Below, piece by piece: positions 12,301-24,300 of a stretch of DNA of 64,000 nt (position 1 is the stretch's first letter; every line of letters starts with the position of its first letter). The stretch covers positions 85,124 through 149,123 of the forward strand of contig NMRA01000295.1 in assembly GCA_002633005.1 (NCBI GenBank), read 5' to 3'. Source of the stretch: Phoronis australis. Taxonomy: Eukaryota > Animalia > Phoronida. Both the position numbers and the translations under genes were made by a program. The notes beneath the pieces were generated by a model. That model worked only from the letters and a program-made list of their open reading frames with translations. It was not told the DNA's origin and made no database searches.

Positions 12301-15300
12301 ATAATTCAAAATTTTATGCTAGTGTGAATAATTTTGAATAAAAATGACAATCACTCATTCCTATCAAAGTCCACTGACACTGACTGAAGAGCAACGATTT
12401 CCTCGACTTCTTACCGAGTGATTCCGCCCTATCGAAGATTGTTCTCTCTTGCAGTAATATTCAGCTGCTTGCACCCCGATCCACTGGCTTTGCAGGTACA
12501 AGACATTGTTTTGCGATTAAGCAAATCCAGACTGTTTTCTTCAAGTTCTCTTTGTTCCAATCCAACGTAACCGTATTCACGATGGGTCGATCATGAACCT
12601 CCTCTGGCGACGAGTTGCTGCCGTCAGACGACTCGTCGCTGTCACGAAATTCCTCCTTGTCTCCATCCACAAAATTAATGTGCTCTTTGATGAGTTCAGT
12701 TAATTCTCGCTGATCTTGATATGGCAGTCAGAGGCAAGAGTTAATCACTGAGATATCAGCTACACGGCGACCAGCCATCTTACTGTCTTGTAAACATGCT
12801 GTGACCTCGCGACCCCACAGTTTCACGCCCACTGAACTAGTTCTAGGGAATGAGGTCAGTGATATATTGGGTTAAAAGGTCGTTGCTAGCTAAAAGACTG
12901 GTGAGTGGCACTTCTGTTTAATATACCCTGAATGCAACAAGTGAAATTACTTCTGATGATTGGACGAAAAACTCAAAGAGCTAACTACATGCATAATGAG
13001 CAGAGTTTGACCTTTCTGTTGGTGTGTTTACGAGCGAATTGGGTCATCGGGTGACTGACCAATGGGGACACGAAAACCGGCAAATTTTGATGAAAATTTC
13101 ACAAGATATGCAGTCGTGGAGAAGGTGATGTTTTTCAAAATGAAATAAATAAGGTTTAAAATGAAGTCTGCTTGTTTTAAAGTATTGTTTTGTGAAGTAA
13201 AATGAATAAATAATCATAGCCTGCAATAAAAAAATTTGACCTAATTTTAACCGATAGCGACTGTTTTCAGTCTTGTCAGGAAATAGAGTTTCCAACTTAA
13301 CACTCATTTTGTCGTGGTGGGTCACATTTGTGCATGTTTGGCAGGATCTGACAGGTTTGTACAAGTCTGGTTTATTTTGGGGAGAATTTTCTGTCAAACT
13401 CATCACCATAATCTTAACAAGGAAATAGTTCCCATTGCTGTTGCGGCAATGAAAAGTGTATGCCAGGCAAACATGTCTTGGTTTTTGATTTTGAAAATGC
13501 CATTTTTGCCAAATATGCTGTTCAGGCTTATGAAATCTTGGGAGAGACTGGATCTACAGTCTTATCAAATGCCTGTATGTTTTATCACAAGGAATTTGTC
13601 ATTGAATGTGTCAAAACAATCTGCCACATTAGGCGGAAAATAGGTTTGCTGTCACTATCAACTAACTCTATTCAGTGATTATTTAGTTATTAGTGAAATT
13701 AAGAAATAAATAGTGCATTAATTTGATGCAAGCTTCCTTTACCTCTAAATATTGTATATAGTGACTGTATACTTAGGATTATATTGTATATAGTGACTGT
13801 ATACTTAGGATTATATTGTATATAGTGACTGTATACTTAGGATTATATTGTATATAGTGATTGTATACTTAGGATTATATTGTATATAGTGACTGTATAC
13901 TTAGGATTATATTGTATATAGTGACTGTATACTTAGGATTATATTGTATATAGTGACTGTATACTTAGGATTATATTGTATATAGTGACTGTATACTTAG
14001 GATTATATTGTAGTGACTGTATACTTAGGATTATACTTATACTACTACAAGAGGAGACAGTGTGGTCAAGTGGGATTAATGTCCTCTTGCTCTATTCATG
14101 GTCATGGAATTGAGTCCCATTCGGACACACTGCTCCACCCTCTCTAGCTCCTCAGCTTGGTTATAACTACATATTAATAAAGCATAAAAGCTGTTCCAAG
14201 TGATCTGTGTACCAGACCACCTGCAACTATTTATTATTATTCTAAAAGCTGCGTGTACTTTTATTAAGTGTCATACATACACAAAATGTACCAAGAGTGG
14301 CGATGATGAAGTAATGTCCCACGAGACATTATAATGTCGTGTGGGATATTACTTCATCTATGCCAATCAAGGTACGTTTTGTATTTATCCCATACGCATC
14401 AAATTCCTAAGTTTCATTTTTTCGCCAGATTTTTCATTTACTTCACTGAGACTGTTCACATGGCGGTTCACAGCCTATATCTAATATGTACCTGCGCGTT
14501 AGGTTGCAAGTTTCTCTAGTACAAGAAACAGTTTTAAATGTAGAAATATATTTTTTGAAGAGATAACAAAGATGAAAACAACGGTAACTGTGCATTGAAC
14601 TTGTAACATCTTCTGAAAATAGTTAAGTAACAACAATATTTCATATTGTAGTTACCGAGGAATCGGCGCCTGATTGAGTTGCAGACGACATAATATTAGC
14701 AATTGAAAACTGACACAGAACTGTCAAATACTCGTTAATTAATAATCCTGTTCTGGATGTTATGACTGAGACCTGATTGCATGTTAAGTGTTACTCACAC
14801 TGCTGCAATTGCATTACTTTATACTATTTTCCCAAAGTTTGATAATCAAACCAGCTTTCGATGTCGAGTCGACATTGACCTACCTTTTGAAATTTCCTTG
14901 TCAGAAGTCGCTGTTGACGTAGTGGGGGTGGTGAATATGGAAAACATTATTACGTGGTCGTGTTTCCCTGGACTGATTCAACGCGTATGGGATAAATAAT
15001 ATTTATAATACTGACTCTATGCTGTTTCAGTTATTTTTGGCTTTTGTTGCAGTTTTTATCTGAAGTAAATGAAGTAGAGAGTTGGTGCATGGAAAAATTG
15101 AATGTTGTGTCAAGTCAAGATTATGGAAGAGATACGGATGCAGTGGAAAAATTGCTCACAAAACACAAGGTACAGAGTCATACCACTGTGTTGTTATACA
15201 ATCATGTACTTGTCATCTTCCAAGTATAGTTAACGTGTGTGTGTGTGTGTGTGCGTGCGTGCGTGCGTGTGCTTAATACATGACAAAGGTTTTTTTGATA

Positions 15301-18300
15301 TTTTTATTATTCACTTGATTAACCAAAGATGGCATGGTGATTGTCTGAAGAAACATCACACTTCAATCAGTAGTGCTTATGGGCATTATTCAGAGACTGG
15401 TCACTCAGCTGGTATCTCAGATAATCAGAGAGAGAAACTGTTCAACAAAAATCATTGTCAATAAAAGATGACCAGACTCTCTATCACTGGAAGTCCACCA
15501 GGCCTCTTTCAATCAACAGTTATGGAAGTCCACCAGGCCTCTTTCAATCCACAGTTATGGTAGTCCAGCAGGCCTCTTTCAATCCACAGTTATGGTAACC
15601 TATTGATTGCATCTCTTGTTTACTGTGTATATCTTGGCATTGTGGCACGCTACGTTCACGTAGGACACTTGTGAAATTCTTGCAATGAGATATCTTCGCT
15701 GATGGAATGGATAATCCAACATTCCAGGTTAGCTGACCAATCATTTCCGCGGTGGCCATTTTCATTGCTAGTTTATGCTAATACTGTCTCGTCCTTACTC
15801 ATGAAAGCACTTTCCACTCATGGAATTTTGATGGTCTTGCAGGATCTCACTATTCTCTCAAGAAACTTGTTCTGTAGCTTTGTACTCACCTGAACATGCT
15901 TTAGAGTTAATAAACTTGGTCTGCAGGTCTGTACTCACCTGAACATGCTTTAGAGTTTATAGACTTGGTCTGCAGCTCTGTACTCACCTGAACATACTTT
16001 AGAGTTTATAAACTTGTTCTGTAGCTCTGTACTCACCTGAACATGCTTTGGAGTTTATAAACTTGGTCTGCAGCTCTGTACTCAGCTGAACATGCTTTGG
16101 AGTTTATAAACTTGGTCTGCAGCTCTGTACTCACCTGAACATGCTTTAGAGTTACTTTATAAACTTGGTATGTAGCTCTGTACTCACCTGAGCATGCTTT
16201 AGAGTTCATAAAACAAAACATTGTCTTTTACCATAGATTTCTCTGTTACCGAAGTTATTTTTTAATTCTTATTTAATGAACTAAAGTTCACATTATCTGC
16301 AATTGGTGTTGTTCAGGCCCTGGAGCTGGACATTGGCTCATACCAGAGGATTGTACAGGACTTGCAGCAGAGATGTGACAGTCTTGTGCAGGTGAACGCT
16401 CCTGGATATCTGCATGCTTCTCAGCGACAGGTGAGTATGAGGTGAGCTGATGTCACCATGGTTTTGTTGTCAGGTTATTACCTTCTAAGTCGTGAACCGT
16501 ATATTTCATCATGTATTGAATTTGATTTAAACTCAGTGCATCCTTGAACCTTGATAATAAATGTCAATAAACCCCAATGTATTGAATTTGATTTGAATCT
16601 CAGTACATCCTTGAACCTTGATAATAAATGTCAATAAACCCCAATCTATTGAATTTGATTTGAATCTCAGTACATCCTTGAACCTTGATAATAAATGTCA
16701 ATAAACCCCAATGTATTGAATTTGATTTGAATCTCAGTACATCCTTGAACCTTGATAATAAATGTCAATAAACCCCAATGTATTGAATTTGATTTGAATC
16801 TCAGTGCATCCTTGAACCTTGATAATAAATGTCAATAAACCCCAATGTATTGAATTTGATTTGAATCTCAGTGCATCCTTGAACCTTGATAATAAATGTC
16901 AATAAACTCCAAATACTGAGCTTGACCCGTTACCTTTTCTATTGGTTGCAAGTGATTTCTTATGCATCAACAAATACATACTGTGTGGGTGCATAATGCT
17001 GCCATGTCTTTCTCATAATACACGCAAGGTCTGTCTTAAACTTTGAAGTACTAGAGTCTTGAGTTACATTTCTTTTAGTGAGAAACATTTTAAAAATCGA
17101 GCAATTTTTTCAACAAAAAATTTCATGAAAATACATTTACTCTTCCAGAAATAACAGTTGTTAAGCTATAACACATACTACCTCATAGTATCAGTACTGT
17201 TTATAGTAATTACTTGTTAATTTAGTCATGCTATAAAGAATGGGATCTTTGTTTTTCAGGCCAATGTTCAAACTTTGATCAATCAGTTGAAGTGTGAGGC
17301 AGCAGAGAGAAGAGACAAGCTGGATGAGTCATTGCAGCTGCATAAGTATGCACGGGATGCACAGGAGTTTGACGCGTGGCTCGCCGACCAGATGCAGCTG
17401 GCTTGCTCGGAGGATTATGGGAATGACTTTGAACATGTGCAGGTGAGTGTGACATCCAGCTGGTGAATTTGTAAGGTGACATTAAACATGCCCTTCTTGC
17501 TGTAAGGTCACATTAAACATGCCCTTCTTGCTGTAAGGTCACATTAAACATGCCCTTCTTGCTGTGAAAGCTGTCTCCATAAAATAAGACTAAATTTATA
17601 ATTCTCTAGACTCTGTGATAATTTGTGAAATTTGTGATATGAATACAAGTTTGCTTGTACTTTAACAAGTTTTTTTTCCACTTGCGTATTAGGAACAATC
17701 AAAGTCACTTGAAACAATATAACTATGTTGAATTGTGTATGACACATGACAAGCACTAGCATACTGTATACAATGAAAGTAATATGAGACAATATGGAAG
17801 ATCATTTGGTATTGCATTTTTTTAAAATAATGAGTCATCTATGGTTACGAAGATTTTAAAGTTGAAATTTTTGTGGAAACTTAGCAAAAATACTTATTAT
17901 TTCCTAAAAGTCAATGTGTCATTTGGTGCAAAATTATGACATTTCAAGTATCTGTGGTTGAGGGTTACGTGATGTATTCAACATAGCCTAACAACAAGTA
18001 AAATGTTGAGACTGGCAGTTTAACGTAGTAGTGTGCACGAGTGATTGACTTTGTTACTTGTTATGTCTGACATTTTTTTGGTTGGCTGCCCCAAACATCA
18101 ATAAGATCATACCCTCTGGCTGGCTAGCCACCTCCCTGGAACATAAATAGTTTTATGTAAATCTTAGAAGCATGGCAGATAATTGGCTTGTGTGTTGTGA
18201 TGCAACATGGCTAGTTGACCACTCAACATTGAAAAAAGATATCTGATCTCCAACAATGCTTCTACCAGGAATGGCCACTGAACGATTAACTTTTTTTCTG

Positions 18301-21300
18301 ATCAATTCTAGGTTTTAGAGAAGAAGTTTGATGAGTTTAAGCGAAATGTTGAGACTGGCTCCAACAGATTACACCAATGTGAGGCGCTGGCTGATGACCT
18401 TGTTAAACAGGGTCACAAGGACTCGGTGGAAATAGACAGCATGCAGGAAGAGTTGAAGTAAGTTTTCTTCACTGTGAAACTTCGAACTTAATTATTCGAA
18501 TTATGTTTGAAACTTGCCATGTGTGATGATACATTTGTGTTACTTGCAAAAAGTATGGAAGAATTTTGGATTAACTGAAGTTAATTATTTGTCAAATTGG
18601 TATTGTGGCTGGTTAAGTTTTTTTAGGGGGTTCGCGAGTAACACATTGGTGGACAGAGAGTACACAAAGCTGTTTACAGTGATTGTTTGCTCATGTGTCT
18701 ATAAGTAGGTGGTTTTTATACTGGAATCATATAGAGAAATCGCTTGGATTTTAATGGTGTTTAACATATAGATTATTATTGCTTGTTGTCTGTTGGGTTT
18801 CATTTAATTCCCTATTATTGTGAAACTATTATTTATGACAATTGATAAGGTAGCAACAGGAATAGTTGAGAGTTGTGACATTTCCTGCTCCAGTAGTCAA
18901 TGCAGAGTTGTGTGTAGTCATGCCAAAATGTTTGGTTTCAATTTGTTTGTTGAGATTTGTTTTAGTGAAAATAAAGCTTGCTAGAAATAGTAACACTGTT
19001 TCAAGTGTCAGTAATGAATAACAGTTGCATTTGTCATTTCCACTTTTTGACTAAATGTTGTTTGGTTAAGCCATACAAACAAAGTAATTTTTCCTGAAAA
19101 TTGTTTTTGTTGAGAAATTTGTCAAAATGAAATAAATTTCGCTTGTCCACCATATTGTGTCCCAAACTGAAGATTTGTTACCATAATATGTTAATAAGTA
19201 TGCTATATGTTAATGAGTATGCTATATGTTAATGAGTATGCTATATGTTAATGAGTTTGCTATGTGTTTTTCAGAGCAAACTGGGAGAAACTACTTGAAA
19301 AAATTGAAGAGCGTGACCACAATTTGGTGGCAGCCTCGGAAATCCATCGCTTCAATTGTGACGTGGAGGAGGCCATGTCAAGAATTCAAGAGAAATATTC
19401 ATTCATCCCCGATGACTTGGGCAGAGATCTCTATGGTGTACAGATGTTACAGCGACGACATGAAGCATTTGAGAATGAGCTAGTTGCTCTTGAAGCCCAG
19501 GTTTGTGTATAAGTGTCGGATAGGATATCATGTTTGTGTATAAGTGTCGGATTGGATATCATGTTTGTGTATAAGTGTCGGATAGAATATCATGTTTGTG
19601 TATAAGTGTTGGATAGGATATCATGTTTGTGTATATGTGTCGAATAGAATATCATGTTTGTGTATAAGTGTCGGATAGGATATCATGTTTGTGTATAAGT
19701 GTCGGATAGAATATCATGTTTGTGTATAAGTGTTGGATAGGATATCATGTTTTTATTTAGTTTCTAACCAAACTTCTCCCCGTCAGAGTAAAAACCGCGT
19801 CGTGTCTCATTTTTTAACAGCTTAATCTGCCTTTTGTGCTAATTCACTGAACACCACTTGATGACTTTGTAGTAACTCTCATTTGTTTCAACTGACAACA
19901 TTTCGATGAACTTAAGTTGATTTTTATCATAGAACTGTATTCGTCCTACTTTTCTTAATGCTGGAGTCTCATGGACCCACCTTTTAAAAATTTTTTGGGA
20001 TCCATTTCATTTATCTTGTGGTCCATAAAGCCAGTCCACAAATCATTAAACTCACTCAGAAGGAAGCACGAAATATATTGGAAAGTGAGTCAAATCATAT
20101 CCTACTTTTATCAGTGGACAACATAGAAAGATAACTAAGAAGTAAAACTGTGTGATGGTTTTTATTATGGTAACGTTTAGCTTTATTTCTTGTATCAAAT
20201 CAAAATTGCTTCCAAAGTGACACACCCACAATCTCAATATGCACAGGAAATGACACTTCTGTGATTTACGTTTATCTTGTTCATACAGTTGTCATTGTTG
20301 CCTTATAAAGAGGTTCTTGTTTTTGATTTGAACTTGTAGCTTCAAGTTCTCATCGATGACTCTGCCCGTCTGCAAGAGCAGTACCCAGGGGAGAATGCTG
20401 AACAGATAGAACAGCAGCAGTCCGTCGTCATAGACAACTGGTCGCTGTTACAAGAGAAGGCTGCCGAAAGGAAAGAGGCGCTGCAGGCGTCCAATGACCT
20501 ACACAGGTTTTTGACTTCAGTAAGGATTTCTGGCTCTTCTGACCGAGATCACATCCGCTGAGGCCCTGTACCAGTGAAGTTTGGATACTTTGTTACATTT
20601 AGAAATAATGTTTTGTTTAATTGTTATGAGAAGCCTATGTTTTAAGATGCGATTTTTCTCTGTCTAGTTCATCATCATTGGCATGAACTTTGTAATTCAT
20701 ACTTTTATTATTTGGTTTTTAAAAGTTTTGTGATCCAAAATCTCTTTACCCAGATCATAGATTACAGCAGAACATGTAGCTTGCATGGGAAATTTTATCC
20801 ATAAATACCTCATAAGAAAATTAATAGCTGTGATTTCTGACTAAGAATTGGACATAAATGTCGCGATATTTCAGTCATATTTTTTCACTATTAGGCGAGA
20901 GACCTGCTCAGTTGGTCAGCAGATGTTGTGTCGGAGATGAGTGCTGAAGTTGTTGTACACGATGTTGGTGAAGTGGACCTTGTTAAGACTAGACATATGC
21001 AACTGAAGGCTGAGATGGACGCTCGAGAGGACATGTTCGGTTCTATGGCTGAAGCTGGCCAGATGATGTTAGACAATGGTCACTCTGCTGGTGATGAGGT
21101 TAGTGTTAATCAGTTTGTAATAAAGATGAGCTAAGGCTCCCTGGCTAAACGCAGATATGTTACTTTACAACATTGTGTGAAAAGTATTGTGTAGTAAACT
21201 TTGTAGTGCTTTTCAGTAAATGAAAGTTGCTACTTGAACATACATTTGAAGAATCTTTGTAATACAGTTGTTATTGGTTGATGATTTGATCTTAATTTAA

Positions 21301-24300
21301 AGTCGGCGTCAAGCTTGTACAGAATCTTCTACAAGTACATGTTCATATTTTTGCAAAATTTGCTAATAAAGCATGACTTGTCATGATTAAAAAGTAATAA
21401 ACAAGATCAGCTTTGGCAGTTCTGAAAACTGACAAGTAGTGCTTATGAGACCAAATTAAGGGGATGCCTTATGAATCTATTTTAACTTCAGATATCTTCC
21501 AAGTTAACCCAGGTTCTGGAGTGTCGTGAGGCAATGCACCTCACGTGGCAGAACCGAAGTGAGTATCTGTCACAGTTGTATGATCAGCAGACATTCACAA
21601 AAGATATCAACCAACTGGACGCCATCTGTGCTTCGCAGGAGGTAGGCTGGGTCATCAGAAGTACAATGAAGTACTTTCATGAATCAGTGGTGACTGATCT
21701 CATGATCTTGATGACCTATCTCGGGGAATGAGTTAATGAAAAGATAGTACACTGTTTGGTCATTCACACTGTTTGGTCATTCACACTATTTGGTCATTCA
21801 CACTATTTGGTCATTCGTACTGTTTGGTCATTCGTACTGCTTGGTCTTTCGTACTGTTTGGTCATTTGTACTGCTTAGTCATTCGTACTGTTTGGTCATT
21901 CACACTGTTTGGTCATTCGTACTTTGGTCATTTGTACAGTGTGGCCATTTGTACTGTTTGGTCTTTCGTACTGTTTGGTCATTCGTACTGTTTGGTCATT
22001 TGTACTGTTTGGTCATTCGTACTGTTTGGTAAAATATACTTACAGTGAATAATAAGGCACCAAATTGTGAACTTATGGCTTCAAATATATTGCACTGTAT
22101 GTTGGGTATTTCTCCAAGAATGCTGGGTAACAGCCTTGGAATTTTCGATTAAATTTCCCAGATTTGCTTCAGATTTCACTCGACAGAATTATTTGTATTT
22201 ATGCGTTCCTGAGCACTTTGAGTACTTTTGGTTGAGTAGAATAAAACATTACTCAGTATGAGCATTTTTAAGTTAATTTACAGTAAAAAAAGGACCTAAG
22301 TAAGATTTGGTGATAACGAGCCGTTGTCTGTATACTAATTAAATTAAATTGCTCAAAGCTGAAACACTAGTGTTGAATTATGGTCAGTATAATGTGCCTA
22401 CCACAGAATCACACGTTTTCATTAAAATTTTGCACTTTAACGTAGTATGTTGAAATCTCACCATCATCTATGATATGTCATATGAACAGAATTAATGTTA
22501 ACACTATGAATAACATGACACTGAATGTACCTAACATTATGTTCTAGGCTTACCTGGTAATGCCGAGTCTCAGTGGATCTGTTGACCAAGTTGAAGATTA
22601 CCTGAAAAAACATGACGCATTTGAAAAACTCTTTGACACTCAGCAGGACAAGGTACGGTGTTGCCATGGTTGCCACCATGTTGTTTGTATGTAAACAATG
22701 TTTGTTTGGTTAGCTTGGCAATTGATAAAAGTGATATGTTATAATGATTTTTGCTTGTTAGTTTCTTAGTTTTGTTTGTTTTCTGTTTTGTTTAATAGAA
22801 AAACCTTTTAAAATATGATAAGTTCCTGAGTTCTGTAATTATTAAAGCAATTTTAAGTTCACTTAACGTGTGGAAATGTTTGCAAAAAGGAAAAATTTTT
22901 ATATCTGCCCATTTACAATGTACATAGGCTGGGTGCATATTAACATTCAGCATTGGTCTCATAATGAGTGAAATATGGTTGGCACTTCCCAAACCAAATC
23001 GTGTATTGATTTTTTATATACTTGAATGCATATAGTTGATATGCTGTAGCTCTAGGGTTGTTGACTCAAAACACCGATAGAAAATCAATGTTGTATGTTA
23101 AGTATTAAATGAAAAGAGTTTTATTCACCGTCTTGTGTTGGCCATATCATTACAGATCCTGAAAGTTAACGAATCCATTAAAATGTTATTTAAATATTAT
23201 TAGAATGAAAGATATTTTCAGGAAAGTTTTTGAAGTCGTTTGCTTCAAAAATGTTTCAACAAGAGTAGATTAATGCTTCATTTTGTGTACATGTATGTCC
23301 ATACTCAGTGTCATTGATAAGTGTTTTGCATTTAGTTCGTTTTGCAGTATCTTAATATGTCTCCATTTTTGTTCTTGTGACTTTTGCTACCTCTGTCTGG
23401 AACATTGATTTCTCTTCTATTATCCACAGCGCTTGGAAAGTAAATAACAACCTTTTTTCCAGCTGAGGAATTTACAAGAATTTGGAAGAAAATTGACACA
23501 GTCAAAGCATTATGATTCAGACAATATATCAGCAGCCCTGGATGCCATTAGTGAGAGGTGGGTACTATTAGTATTGAGGCTTACACGTTTAAATATAAGG
23601 AAATTAATGCTATAATAAAGTAAATGTTACAAACCAAGATCACTGTTCTATGTGTTCCCTTACCAACACAGTGTCAATGTGGTCCCTTACCAGAACACAG
23701 TTTTATGTGTTGCCTTACCAGCACAGTTTCAATCATTTTTAAGTGTACACATGAGGGCAAATATCGTTGCCTTTTCCTTCATTTAAAACTTCCTCTTTCA
23801 TTTACCGCTTACAAGAAAAGAAATTTAACTACTAAACCCAATCAAGACTCCCCTGTTTTTTGTCATATTTTCCCAATATCTTGCTTAACCATCTCTGGGA
23901 ATGGTGCATTGAAGTGAAATTTCTGTCAAAAGTCAAAATTTTGTGTAATATGAAATTTGTGACCACTTTTATGTTTGCTATTTTTTCATGACACTTTGTT
24001 GTAGCTTATCTTTTTTCAGTTAGTTTGAAGGTTGTTGTTTTTGGTTTCTGTATCATCAAAGATTGTTTTTTCCTGTCTGAATGTTTTTCATTTTTAGGCG
24101 AGACTATATTAAGGATGTTTCCGCTGACAAACGCAGTAAGCTAGAAGATGCCTTGCTTTATGTAACGTTCAACAGAGATGTGTCTGAGGTAAGATAAATG
24201 CAGTAAGTTAGAAGGTGCCTTGCTTTATGTAACGTTCAACAGGGATGTGTCTTGAGGTAAGACATAAGTGATGGTCTTATTTGGCACTCTGAGTGATTGT

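Noticed and set aside
19089-19175. Similarity to stretches near 51320-51370 and 55230-55290
   Set aside because: Looks like an old dispersed repeat, but too diverged to define boundaries or family by eye.
21773-22048. Hydrophobic repetitive ORFs
   Set aside because: Translation of a 17-bp minisatellite.
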